Source of the DNA: Sulfurospirillaceae bacterium
GTDB lineage: Bacteria > Campylobacterota > Campylobacteria > Campylobacterales > Sulfurospirillaceae
Direction: 5' to 3'
Assembly: GCA_033723415.1 (NCBI GenBank)
Contig: JAWVXD010000002.1
Location: 312,988 to 376,987, forward strand
Length of the DNA stretch: 64,000 nt
The notes under the pieces were generated by a model that had not been told where the DNA came from, ran no database searches, and saw nothing but the letters and a program-made list of their open reading frames with translations. Below, in pieces: positions 28,341 through 40,984 of this stretch. Position numbers and translations under genes: made by a program. Every line of letters begins with the position of its first letter. Within the stretch, counting starts at the first letter, position 1.

Positions 28341-30515
28341 ATGAAAATTTTATTATTTATTATGATTTTTACATTTCAGCTCTTTGGTGAGAACAGTGGA
28401 CAGATACTTTTACTTCACTCCTATAATAAGGGATTAAAGTGGACTGACGGTATCTCTTCGGGTGTAGAAAGTGTTATGAAAAAACATCCTGGATTTGAAC
28501 TCAGCACAGAATACATGGATAGCAAAAAAATCGACTCGAAAGAGTATTTTGATTCTTTGGTAAAATTATATAAGATGAAATTTTCAACAAGAAAATACTC
28601 CGTGATTATCACTAGCGATAATTATGCATTTGAATTTGTGTTAAAAAACCACAAAAAATTATTTCACAATGTACCTATCGTATTTTGCGGACTCGAAGAC
28701 TTTAATCAAAACAGTATATCTGCAGCAGAAAAACAAAAGATAACCGGAGTGGTCGAATATAAAGATATAGTGAAAAATATAAAACTTATCAAAACACTTA
28801 TCCCAGACATTAACACACTTTACATAATCAGCGACAATTCTTTTTCGTCGTTAGCTATAAAAGGACAGATCCTAAACAGCATTAAACCATTTGAAAAAGA
28901 TTTTAATATAATATATGACAACGATATAATTTTGGATAAATTAGAAAAAAAAATAAATAAACTTCCAAAACACAGTGCTATATTGTTTACGAGTTTATAC
29001 AAAGACAAATTTGGAAGATATATACCTTACAATGATATAAGAAAACTATTTCACGCATCAATATATCCAGTGTTTGCGATAAACAAAATACATCTAGGGG
29101 AGGGCATAGTCGGGGGTGTTATGATAAATCCCTTTGAGCAAGGGAAGTTGGCCGCTCAAAAGGCATTTGAGATTATCAATGGCAAAAAACCTTCTAATAT
29201 CGAGATCAGTATACCCACTGCAAAATACTATTTTGATTATGATATGCTCAAAAAATATAATATAAATGATTCCAAAGTCCCACTATTGTCCAACATCATC
29301 AACAAACCAAAAAACTTTTTTGATACCCATAGAAGCTTGATAAACAGTGTATTTACTTTAATGCCTCTACTCGTCTTCTTGATCATAGGTCTTATCATCA
29401 ATATCATGAAAAGGATCAGACTAGAGATAAAGTTGACGGAGAAGAACAAACTAGACAATGTATTGCTAAATAATATAAAAAGTGCCGTATTTTGGAAAAG
29501 TAAAGATGATACTATACTTGGATGTAATGACTCGTTTTGTAATATTTTAGGCTTAAGTAGAGAGAAGATAATCGGCAGTTATATGAAAGACATCCTGCCT
29601 GAACTTTGTCAGGCGATAAAAGAAAAAAATGATTTCATACAAGAATTGGAGATGAAACTATATAGCGTAAAAGACGGACCGATAGATGCATTGATTAGAC
29701 GCAAAGCATATTTTGACAAAAACAACCAAGAAGCAGGCGTCGTGACCTTGATAGGAGATATAACAGATATAAAAAAGATGGCTTTACAAAGAAAACGAGA
29801 AGAACAGTTTTTGATACAAAGATCAAAGCTATCAGAGATAGGAGAGATGATGATCTCCATAGCTCATCAGTGGAAGGCTCCTCTTGTGGAGATATCTACG
29901 ATAGCACAAGAATTACTATACTTAAGAAAGAAAAGAGAAATATCAGAGTTAGATACAACACAATTTGTAGATGATATAATGCTACAAGTCAAATATATGT
30001 CAAGCACTATTGATGATTTTAGAGACTTTATCAAACCTTCGTCTTCTCAAAAAAAATTCGAGATAACTAAAGCAATGGAAGAGATCATAAAAGTCATAAA
30101 ACACAATCTTAAATATAATTACATTGATGTAGAGATCGTCTCAAATGGAAATTTTGTCGTATTTGGCTATCCAAATGAATTTAAACAGTGTATATTAAAT
30201 ATAATCAACAATGCAAAAGACAGTATCTTGAAAAAAAGAGAGGACCATGACTTTTCGGCCAAAATAACAATAGAAATATACAAAAAAGACAAAGTCTATA
30301 TAAATATCAAAGACAATGGAACAGGGATAGAAGACAAAAATTTAACACTTATTTTTGAACAATTTTTTACAAGTAAAAAAAATGGTGATGGATTTGGACT
30401 GTATATGACTAAGCTAATTATAGAAGAGAAGATGGGAGGTAGCATCCAAGCTTTAAAATACGATGATGGGGCACATATACAGATAATTCTGGACTCTGTT
30501 AATATTGGGAGATAA
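28341..30515 (+). CDS. Sensor histidine kinase (periplasmic binding-protein-like domain, PAS, HisKA/HATPase)
   Basis: LLHSY...W periplasmic domain, TM, PAS, IAHQWKAP H-box, NAKD, DNGTG, GFGLY. Start taken at ATG 28341 (signal-like MKILLF). Confidence 0.9.
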   Translation: MKILLFIMIFTFQLFGENSGQILLLHSYNKGLKWTDGISSGVESVMKKHPGFELSTEYMDSKKIDSKEYFDSLVKLYKMKFSTRKYSVIITSDNYAFEFVLKNHKKLFHNVPIVFCGLEDFNQNSISAAEKQKITGVVEYKDIVKNIKLIKTLIPDINTLYIISDNSFSSLAIKGQILNSIKPFEKDFNIIYDNDIILDKLEKKINKLPKHSAILFTSLYKDKFGRYIPYNDIRKLFHASIYPVFAINKIHLGEGIVGGVMINPFEQGKLAAQKAFEIINGKKPSNIEISIPTAKYYFDYDMLKKYNINDSKVPLLSNIINKPKNFFDTHRSLINSVFTLMPLLVFLIIGLIINIMKRIRLEIKLTEKNKLDNVLLNNIKSAVFWKSKDDTILGCNDSFCNILGLSREKIIGSYMKDILPELCQAIKEKNDFIQELEMKLYSVKDGPIDALIRRKAYFDKNNQEAGVVTLIGDITDIKKMALQRKREEQFLIQRSKLSEIGEMMISIAHQWKAPLVEISTIAQELLYLRKKREISELDTTQFVDDIMLQVKYMSSTIDDFRDFIKPSSSQKKFEITKAMEEIIKVIKHNLKYNYIDVEIVSNGNFVVFGYPNEFKQCILNIINNAKDSILKKREDHDFSAKITIEIYKKDKVYINIKDNGTGIEDKNLTLIFEQFFTSKKNGDGFGLYMTKLIIEEKMGGSIQALKYDDGAHIQIILDSVNIGR

Positions 30516-30517
30516 AA

Positions 30518-31165
30518 ATGAAAATTTTACTACTAGAAGACAATCAAAGATTATCAAACCTCATAAGAGAAGCTTGTGAACAAAAAAATTACCATATAGA
30601 TCTCTTTGAAAACGGTAAAACCGCTCTCCAAAAGATAGACAATGGATATGATTGTTTTATACTAGATATAAATGTCCCTGGAATCAACGGATTGAGCTTT
30701 TTAAAAGATTTAAGACTTATGGATAAGATTACTCCTGCCATCATCATAAGCGCCAATGATGATCTCGAAACGATTCAAGAAGCATACGAAAAAGGTTGTG
30801 ATGATTACCTAAAAAAACCTTTTTATATGTATGAACTAGAAACCAAATTGGAAAAATTATGTCATGTAAAAGACAAATGTATAAAATTTTCAAATCAGTA
30901 TTTCTACAATGTTGAGAATGAAAAACTATTTAATGAAAAATCCGAAGAGATAAAACTCTCAAAGAAAGAAATTTTGCTACTTAATTTATTTGCAAAAAAT
31001 AAAGACAAAATCACAACTCATGAAGAGATCGAGCTACATGTATGGGAAGGGGATTTAACAACTAGTGAAAATATAAGAGCTTTAATAAAAAGATTGAGGA
31101 AAAAAATGCCAAAAAATTCAATACTCTCACAAGGAGGCATGGGGTATAAGATAAATTATCTATAA
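30518..31165 (+). CDS. OmpR-family response regulator
   Basis: LLED, LDINVP, DDYLKKPF receiver domain; winged-helix C-terminus IKRLRKK...GMGY. Confidence 0.93.
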   Translation: MKILLLEDNQRLSNLIREACEQKNYHIDLFENGKTALQKIDNGYDCFILDINVPGINGLSFLKDLRLMDKITPAIIISANDDLETIQEAYEKGCDDYLKKPFYMYELETKLEKLCHVKDKCIKFSNQYFYNVENEKLFNEKSEEIKLSKKEILLLNLFAKNKDKITTHEEIELHVWEGDLTTSENIRALIKRLRKKMPKNSILSQGGMGYKINYL

Positions 31166-31167
31166 AC

Positions 31168-31255
31168 TGGCAGAGAGGAAGGGATTCGAACCCTCGGTAA
31201 GTTGCCCTACACACGCGTTCCAGGCGTGCTCCTTAAACCGCTCGGACACCTCTCT
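31168..31255 (-). tRNA. tRNA-Ser(GGA)
   Basis: Reverse complement reads AGAGAGGTGTCCGAGCGGTTTAAGGAGCACGCCTGGAACGCGTG...TTCGAATCCCTTCCTCTCTGCCA. Confidence 0.96.
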
Positions 31256-31309
31256 ACAAATTTTGAGATAAAATTGTACCTTGTTTGCACTTATTCTTAG
31301 ATTATAGTA

Positions 31310-31708
31310 TTATTTACACTGTTTACATATAATACTAAATGTAAGCATCTCTCCCAAAACTTCATTGCCTGAAAATTTTTCTACTTTATGTACCAAATCA
31401 TCTGTATCTATCTTAAAATCTTCTATACTACCGCATTTTTCACAAACCAAATGAACATGTTTTTCTTTTGTAATTTCAAAATAATCTTTTTTATTTGCGA
31501 TTTTTACTTCACTTACTATATCTTTTTGCATCATGTCATTAAGATTTCTATAGATCGTAGACAAGGATAGTGTAGGGAATTTTGTACTGATTATCTTTTG
31601 TATTTCTTCGAGAGTTGCATGTCCAGACTCTTCTAAAGTACTCAAAATACACAATCTTTGGGGAGTCGCTTTTAACTCATGTGTTTTTAATAATTCAATA
31701 TGTGACAT
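31310..31708 (-). CDS. Fur-family transcriptional regulator (PerR-like)
   Basis: KATPQR, SLSTIYRNL, HVHLVCEKCG, C-terminal CKQC. Confidence 0.9.
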   Translation of the reverse strand: MSHIELLKTHELKATPQRLCILSTLEESGHATLEEIQKIISTKFPTLSLSTIYRNLNDMMQKDIVSEVKIANKKDYFEITKEKHVHLVCEKCGSIEDFKIDTDDLVHKVEKFSGNEVLGEMLTFSIICKQCK

Positions 31709-31790
31709 AATAGAACCTTTCTGGTATATTTAAAGAACTATATCACAATTGATAATTTTTTGCAAATACTTAAGATTACATTTGGTTTTA

Positions 31791-32267
31791 TCAATAATAT
31801 CCCAAACATATTTCATCGCTTAGTTTAATTTTCTTCTCCAGTGGAGAAGGTCCAAAATACTTGCATTTTTCTATATATATATGATAATCATAATCCAATC
31901 CCAGGTCATCATAAAATTTTTTTAGATTTACGAATTTTACTGCTCCAATCTGCATTATGTCTAATTTATCATATAATTTTGAATTGTTGCTTTGTATAAG
32001 ATGAGATGGGGCCAATCCTGTATATTTGCAAAAAGCTTGTGATTGTACATATCCGCTAAGATTGGTACATAAGTTTATATACTGTTTGTACTTTTCGGGA
32101 AGTGTATTTTTATCTAAGAATACGACTTTGCATTCATCATATTTAACGACTCTTACATCTTTCCAGAATCTATATGCATTTGAAGATATGCTTGCCAATT
32201 TGGATAGTTCTTGACCCAATATATAATTTTCAAGTGTCGTTTTATATGAAATTTTTCTCATTTTCAT
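31791..32267 (-). CDS. Conserved hypothetical protein with internal duplication, possibly tandem HTH
   Basis: Soluble 158-aa ORF with SD; two similar segments (LENYILGQELSKLASIS / LSGYVQSQAFCKYTGLA). Confidence 0.65.
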   Translation of the reverse strand: MKMRKISYKTTLENYILGQELSKLASISSNAYRFWKDVRVVKYDECKVVFLDKNTLPEKYKQYINLCTNLSGYVQSQAFCKYTGLAPSHLIQSNNSKLYDKLDIMQIGAVKFVNLKKFYDDLGLDYDYHIYIEKCKYFGPSPLEKKIKLSDEICLGYY

Positions 32268-32328
32268 GATAAATCCTGCCTAGTGATTTTAAAATAAAAT
32301 ATTATATAATAGAAAAAATGAAATTCAG

Positions 32329-32733
32329 ATGGAATTTATAATGATAACACAATGGGATGAAAAATATAAATTAAATAATGAAAAGATCGATAATCAACAC
32401 AAAGAGTTATTTAGATTAGTATCATTAGTAGAAGTTTTAGATAAAAAGGCAACAAAAACTGACATAAAAAATTTATTAAATAGTTTTTTTGCATATATGA
32501 AAGAGCATTTTAAAGAAGAAGAAAAATATATGAAAAATATAGACTATCCTTTGCTTAAGCAACATCGTAAACTTCATACAGATATCGTAGAGGAATTTAC
32601 AAAATTGATCAAAGATAATCATACACTAGATATGATAAAAACCAAAATGAAAGAAGCTTCTCAAAAGTGGCTTTCAGATCATATATTGGAAAATGATCTA
32701 AAGATCAAAAAATGGTTGGATCTAAACAAATAA
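32329..32733 (+). CDS. Bacteriohemerythrin
   Basis: WDEKY, IDNQHKEL, HFKEEE, HRKLH, WLSDHI..ND di-iron ligands. Start may be 32341. Confidence 0.92.
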   Translation: MEFIMITQWDEKYKLNNEKIDNQHKELFRLVSLVEVLDKKATKTDIKNLLNSFFAYMKEHFKEEEKYMKNIDYPLLKQHRKLHTDIVEEFTKLIKDNHTLDMIKTKMKEASQKWLSDHILENDLKIKKWLDLNK

Positions 32734-32734
32734 T

Positions 32735-34321
32735 CTATACAAATTTTAAAAGAAGTTGTGCCAAAACTATCGCCAATACCAAGGACATAGGATAAACTGC
32801 TGCATACGATATAGAAGGATAATCAGACTTTGTGATATTATTGGCCATCGTAAGAGTTGGTGTAGATGTCATGCTACCTGATAGTAAACCCATAATATTT
32901 AAAAAATTCATTTTAAGAAATATTTTACACACAAAAGCCACTACAAACAGTGAAAATATAAGTGCAAATATAGCTATATAAATAGGTAAAAGTCCATTTT
33001 TTGACAATGATTCGACCAAATATTTTCCTGCATTCGTTCCTATCGAGGCCATGAAGATGAGTTGTCCTAATGTTTTCATTAAAGTATTTGAATGAGGAGA
33101 GAGTTGCCAAACTATTGAACCTACTCTTCCAAATCTTCCTAAAATCAAAGCCGTTATCAAAATACCGCCTACAAAACTTAGCTTTATACTACCTACAAAC
33201 GGTAAATAAAACGGAATATTTCCTAGAATAATACCAAAGACTATACCTAAAGAAATCGGTAAAAAATCAGCTGCAGGATATTTTAAAAGATCATTTCCTA
33301 CGATCTTTGTAACTCTTTCACCATATTTTTCAGGAGCCACCACGTATAACTTATCTCCTAACATCAAAGACAGTGTAGGATGTGGAGCTATATCTATACC
33401 GGCTCTTCTCACCTTTGTAACAATCGCTCTCAAAGATTTTAACTCCTTAATACTGGCAATCTTTTTACCTACTATTTCTTTTGAAGATACAAGCAGTCTG
33501 TAAACTTTCATGTCATCATGAAATTTATATGCCTCTCCCATCTCTATGCCTAACATTACACTTAATGTATCTAATTGTTCTTTAGTTCCTGAGACTCTGA
33601 TAATATCATTGTAATGCAAGTTTTGCCCGTCTTTTTCATCTAAATCACATTTGTCCACAGCTTCAACTCTCTCTATCAGAGTTGATGTTAAATTTTCAAT
33701 TTGTGATTTTTTAACAGGGTTCTCTTTAAAATTTTCATTGTTTATTTTAAAGTTTTTTGTCAAGATTTGAGGATATTTTTGCTTTTGTTCCGATTCATAA
33801 TTTTCTAACTCTTTTTGTAGATCAACTCTAAATATGACAGGCAACAATCTTATAAACAATATTGTTGCAAAGATTCCAAACGGGTAAACCAATCCAAATA
33901 TAACAGATATGACCGGATCATTTTTTACTTCGATAGCAGCTGCCAAAGATGGAACACTTGTTAGAGAACCTGTAAAAATACCGTCTATTACTTCTCTATC
34001 TAGATGGAAAAAGCTGCCAAGAGCAAAAATTGTCAAAAAGATACACAAAAGTAGAAGAAAAGCTATAATATTTAATTTAAGGCCGTCATTTTTTATTGTT
34101 TCAAAAAAACCGGGTCCTGATTGAAGTCCAACGGCATATATAAATATAGCAAGCCCAAACAGTTTAAAATTGTCAGAAATAACCATACCAAAGTGGCCTG
34201 CTATCAAAGCTACTAGCAACATAGCCGTAATATCTAGTGAAAATCCTCTGATCTTAATATTTCCCAATATATATCCAATGGAAATAATAGAAAAAAGATA
34301 AAAAATTTCACTACTGATCAT
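32735..34321 (-). CDS. AspT/YidE/YbjL-family antiporter with TrkA-C domains
   Basis: Duplicated TM domains (GSLTSVP / GSMTSTP; YPFG / YAAVYP) flanking cytoplasmic RCK_C-like repeats. Confidence 0.88.
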   Translation of the reverse strand: MISSEIFYLFSIISIGYILGNIKIRGFSLDITAMLLVALIAGHFGMVISDNFKLFGLAIFIYAVGLQSGPGFFETIKNDGLKLNIIAFLLLLCIFLTIFALGSFFHLDREVIDGIFTGSLTSVPSLAAAIEVKNDPVISVIFGLVYPFGIFATILFIRLLPVIFRVDLQKELENYESEQKQKYPQILTKNFKINNENFKENPVKKSQIENLTSTLIERVEAVDKCDLDEKDGQNLHYNDIIRVSGTKEQLDTLSVMLGIEMGEAYKFHDDMKVYRLLVSSKEIVGKKIASIKELKSLRAIVTKVRRAGIDIAPHPTLSLMLGDKLYVVAPEKYGERVTKIVGNDLLKYPAADFLPISLGIVFGIILGNIPFYLPFVGSIKLSFVGGILITALILGRFGRVGSIVWQLSPHSNTLMKTLGQLIFMASIGTNAGKYLVESLSKNGLLPIYIAIFALIFSLFVVAFVCKIFLKMNFLNIMGLLSGSMTSTPTLTMANNITKSDYPSISYAAVYPMSLVLAIVLAQLLLKFV

Positions 34322-34402
34322 TTATATAAAGCCTTTTTTTGCGAATTATACTCCAAAAACCTTTAAAAATTATTTTAAGCATGTTTAGATATAATGTCAT
34401 TC

Positions 34403-34507
34403 GCTCTCTTCTAGACCTGTGCAATATTTACTAAGAGTAATGCTTCAGGGCGGGAACGCAGCAGAGCACTTTTTTTAGGTGTGTGCCGCAGTAATCTGGG
34501 AGAGGGT
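34403..34507 (+). ncRNA. ffs: SRP RNA (4.5S)
   Basis: Long hairpin closed by GCTCTCT/AGAGGGT, with domain IV TCAGG-GCG-GGAA-CGC-AGCAG; TATAAT at 34390-34395 and a T-run after. Confidence 0.9.
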
Positions 34508-34514
34508 TTTTTAA

Positions 34515-35720
34515 TTAGCTCTCTAAAAAATTTTCAATTTCTTTTGCAAGTTCATAAAAATCCACATCGCCGTCTCTATAATTTTCTTTTAAACTTTTAA
34601 GTATATATTCTTTGCCCTGTATCAATTCTTTTGATTTCACACCATGAGATATAGACAAAGTCGCTTCTATAAAAGCGGATAATCTGTCACAATTTTTCAA
34701 AGCTCTACCATCTATAGGTTGGTAAATATCAAGATTATATTCATTTATATTATCTACTATTTTTACTTCATCGTTGTCAATTATTTTATCCAAAAATTCA
34801 TTTTTCTTACCATCATATAATCCCAGGATATACTGAAAATCTTTTAAAAATTTTGAAGGTACATATGGAAATATTTCATCATCCATGACTTTCATTTCAT
34901 ATTCACTTATGATATCGTCTAAACCACTTACGGAATATTTCACAGGTGAGATTATGTCTCTGGTTAGAGCTTCCGGGAGATCATGGAAAAGTGCACAATA
35001 AAAATTATTTTCAACTCTTTGATCACAAGCTTTGAGTTGTAAAGAGTAAAAATAACTTAAAATTGCGACGATAAGCATATGTCCTAGAACAGAGGTTTCA
35101 GGAACTCTTGGTGTTTGTGCCCATCTTTTTTGAAATCTAAGCCTTCCGCTTAAGTCAATAATCTTTGATATTTTTTTATTTAAAGAGATCTTTCTAACAC
35201 TGACCAATTCATAATAATCTTCTATCTCCTCATCAACTGCTTCTTTAACCTTCTCAATTCCGCTTAAAAATTGACTTGTCTGATATACTATAGAAAATTC
35301 CCATTTTGTGGATAGATATGATGCTGCTTTTAGTATAAATCTTTCTTTCTTATACATACTAGGATCATTCAGATAACGCTCGAATCTTTTTAGAAACTCT
35401 CCATTTTCTATATCCTGAATAGAACTTATAAGTTTTGATAAAACCCAGGCATTTATCTCTTTTTCTTTTAATTGAAGTGCTTTTCTAAAAACATCAGGTC
35501 TGATGTCCGTAACTACCACACGTCTTAAAAATTCAAAGATTCCTGCTTCTATAAGATGTACTTTATTGATATCTTCTTCTATATTTGCCATAAAATATGC
35601 TATGACAAACTTGTGTGCTTGTTTGTCCAGTTCTACTAAGTTTACCATACGTGGATAATCATTCCATCGCTGAATTGAAGCTGCTGCGAAAAAATGTTCT
35701 ATTAGTTCCGGACTTAACAT
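34515..35720 (-). CDS. HD-domain protein with two HD-like halves
   Basis: Repeated RW..H motifs (IQRWND...QAH; QKRWAQ...LGH), C-terminal FHDLPEALTRDI and CDRL. Confidence 0.85.
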   Translation of the reverse strand: MLSPELIEHFFAAASIQRWNDYPRMVNLVELDKQAHKFVIAYFMANIEEDINKVHLIEAGIFEFLRRVVVTDIRPDVFRKALQLKEKEINAWVLSKLISSIQDIENGEFLKRFERYLNDPSMYKKERFILKAASYLSTKWEFSIVYQTSQFLSGIEKVKEAVDEEIEDYYELVSVRKISLNKKISKIIDLSGRLRFQKRWAQTPRVPETSVLGHMLIVAILSYFYSLQLKACDQRVENNFYCALFHDLPEALTRDIISPVKYSVSGLDDIISEYEMKVMDDEIFPYVPSKFLKDFQYILGLYDGKKNEFLDKIIDNDEVKIVDNINEYNLDIYQPIDGRALKNCDRLSAFIEATLSISHGVKSKELIQGKEYILKSLKENYRDGDVDFYELAKEIENFLES

Positions 35721-35724
35721 AAAT

Positions 35725-36111
35725 CTATCCTTTATTTATCTTCTCGGAGTCTATTTCTATAGTAGTATGTACGTTTCCTCTAGGGTTAAAATCAGCAAAT
35801 ACTTTGAGCCACTTTGGTTTTAATTTTGAATATAAAGTATCATAAATCTCATTTGCACTATCTTCATGAGAAATGTGACGTGTCATAAAACTGTTAATGT
35901 ATAATTTTATAGCTTTAAGTTCAACTACAAAATCTTGTGGAATATAATCTATATATATCGTTGCAAAATCAGGATATCCACTTCGTGGACACAAACAAAA
36001 AAACTCAGGTAGAGTTATTTTTATCACATAATTTTTTTTGTGTTTATTTGGCCATATTTCCAAATCTTTTTCGATATCAAATTCTACTATTTCTTTTTCA
36101 CCATATTTCAT
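35725..36111 (-). CDS. queF: preQ0 reductase (7-cyano-7-deazaguanine reductase)
   Basis: CPRSGYPDFA, VELKAIKLYINSF, SHE, FNPRGN. Confidence 0.95.
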   Translation of the reverse strand: MKYGEKEIVEFDIEKDLEIWPNKHKKNYVIKITLPEFFCLCPRSGYPDFATIYIDYIPQDFVVELKAIKLYINSFMTRHISHEDSANEIYDTLYSKLKPKWLKVFADFNPRGNVHTTIEIDSEKINKG

Positions 36112-37530
36112 TTTCTTCGCCTTTATTTTCTATAATTTGGTTTATACTCTTTGGTTTTGAAATATAAAAACCTTGTATATATGTCGGATTGATAGCAGAA
36201 AAACTGTTATATAATTCTTCTCTATCTATGAATTTTATCATGCTCATTACTTTCAAATCATTACATAATTCAAGTAAATTTTCTAAAACAATCTTGTATT
36301 TTTCGTTATTTATATATTTTGTATATTCAATATCGAATTTTACAATGTCTATAGGTAAATTTTTGAGATATTCTATCGAACAGTTATTCCCTCCAAAATT
36401 ATTTAAAGCGATCAAAAAACCTGCTTTTTTATATTGGAGGAGTATTTCACTGAATCTTTTTAAATCTTTATATGCATTTTTTTCATTTATTTCCAAAATA
36501 ATATTTTTTGGTTTAATATTTTTTTCATAAAATATATCTTTTAAATATATCCTAAAATCATTGTCTCTTAGTGATACAGGAGATACATCTATGCTAAAGA
36601 GAAGATTATTGTTTTCATATTTTTCAATTTCATTTAGAAAAAAATGTATTATTTTCTTATCAAAAATCTTTTCAAATCCACCAAAATTTATAGCTTTTTT
36701 AGCTTGGTTTTTAGATAACATTCCATAGTCTTTAGAAAATATTTTAACTAAAACCTCATAAATTTCAATATTTCCGCTTTGAATATTTTTACTTGGTTGA
36801 TATTTCAAAATAAACTTTTCATCTTTTATGGCATTAAAAATTATATTTTCAAATTCATTTGGCTTGATATTTGGGATTTTCAGATCTTCTTCTTTATCTT
36901 CATCAAGCAGAGAAAATAACTTTTTAATTATATTTTCTAACTTTGTGTCATAATTTGATTCTATTAAAGAAAACTCTGTTTTTACTTCTATATCATTTAT
37001 ACCTTGGTTTTTCAACTCTTTTGAAAACATTGTCAAAAGATGTTTCAACTCTTTTTTCTTGTGCTTTATTATTAATAAAAAGTTTCCTCCGCCATATCTT
37101 CCTATAGGTGTATTTTTAAAATTATAATTTTCTAAAAAGCTATTTAATTTATTTATAAAATCAAATAGCAGCATATCTGTATTATTTGCACCATATCTTT
37201 CATTTATATCAAAAATATTTTCTAGGTTTATCAAAATAATAGTAGAATTTTTCTTTTTTGATATCGCTTTTTCTATTAGATGTAAAATTTCTTTTCTATT
37301 AAAAGTTTTAGTTATATTATCTATGAGCGTAGTTTGAAAACCATTATATATAAGATAAAAAATATAATATGTATAAATAGGGACTAAAAAAGTCAATAGA
37401 AAAATTGTTGTTAGACTATTATCAGATTTTAGCGCTGCAAATAGATAAATAATCAAAATTAAGAAAGGAAATGTAATTTTTAAAGCTATTAAAAATCTAT
37501 TTCCTCTCTCTTTCGATTCAGAATAAAGCA

Positions 37531-37531
<1 letters not shown>
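36098..37531 (-). CDS. Membrane-anchored GGDEF-EAL protein, both domains degenerate
   Basis: Two N-terminal TMs; GRYGGGNF in place of GGDEF; YQP..EVL and LNNFG in place of EAL and DDFG; TGATG overlap with gyrB. Confidence 0.85.
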
Positions 37532-39858
<2,327 letters not shown>

Positions 39859-39906
39859 TTAAAACATGACCAATCAAAATTATTATTAATTTTCATATAA
39901 TACCTA

Positions 39907-40974
39907 TCAAATAATAATTGGCATAACGATTGTTACAAAGTTTTCATCTTCCAATGTAAATGGAAGAGTACTATCATTAAATCCAAGTGTAAAATCGTTA
40001 TTTTCTATATTTGATAAAAAATCCAATATATATCTGCTGTTTATTGCCAAATAAATATCTTCGTCTAAGCCAGTATTATATTCAATTTCTGTTTTTGCTT
40101 CTATGTTTTCGTCATTTAAACTTTCAAATACTATTTTGTCATTTTTAAATGTTATTTTTACTTCATTTGATATGATAGATACCTGTTTGATAGAATCTAT
40201 TATTTTTGATCTGCTTAAAAGTAATCTAAATTTTTTCTCTTTAGGTATTATTCTTTCATAATCAGGAAATTTACCGTTTATTAATTTCGTAAAGAATTGA
40301 AAATTTTGTGATTTTGCTATTAGAGTATTTTCATCATAAAATATTTCTATTTCATCTGAAAAAACCTTTTGCATTTCTACTATAGCCTTTTTTGGAATGA
40401 TCAATGAAAATTCATCTTCAGTATCATTTTCCAATTTAACAATAGCCAATCTTTTAGTATCTGTAGAAACTAAATTTGTAAAACCGTTTTTAATATTTAT
40501 TAAAGCGCCGTTTAATTCAAGTTTTGGATTATTATTATCTATTGCAGGTGCAATTTTTTTAATTCCTCTTGTAAATAAAGAACTATTTATATTAAATTTT
40601 GGTTTATTGTCTATTTCCGGAAATGATGGGAATTCATTTGGATTAAACATAGGCAGTTTAAATTTTGAATTTCTTTGTTTGATGTATAGATAGTCATTTA
40701 TAGTTTCCAAAACAACTTCATCATCTTTTAAAATCTTTATTATGTCAAGTAGTTTCTTACCGTTTGCGGTTGCATTGCCATAATCAATAATTTTTGCATT
40801 TTTAGTATTGTAACTAAGTCCTATATCGAAATCTGTAGATTTTATTATTAATTCGTCTTCTATATTTGTTATTAGAAGATGAGATGTAATTTGACTTAAA
40901 TCTTTTTTCTCTAAATATGGTTGAATATTTATAAGTATCGTTTCCAATACACCTTTATTTATTGAAACTTTCAT
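39907..40974 (-). CDS. dnaN: DNA polymerase III beta clamp
   Basis: STDTKRL, GKFPDYERIIP, C-terminal VMPI; position between dnaA and gyrB. Confidence 0.97.
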   Translation of the reverse strand: MKVSINKGVLETILINIQPYLEKKDLSQITSHLLITNIEDELIIKSTDFDIGLSYNTKNAKIIDYGNATANGKKLLDIIKILKDDEVVLETINDYLYIKQRNSKFKLPMFNPNEFPSFPEIDNKPKFNINSSLFTRGIKKIAPAIDNNNPKLELNGALINIKNGFTNLVSTDTKRLAIVKLENDTEDEFSLIIPKKAIVEMQKVFSDEIEIFYDENTLIAKSQNFQFFTKLINGKFPDYERIIPKEKKFRLLLSRSKIIDSIKQVSIISNEVKITFKNDKIVFESLNDENIEAKTEIEYNTGLDEDIYLAINSRYILDFLSNIENNDFTLGFNDSTLPFTLEDENFVTIVMPIII

Positions 40975-40984
40975 TCAATCTCCT

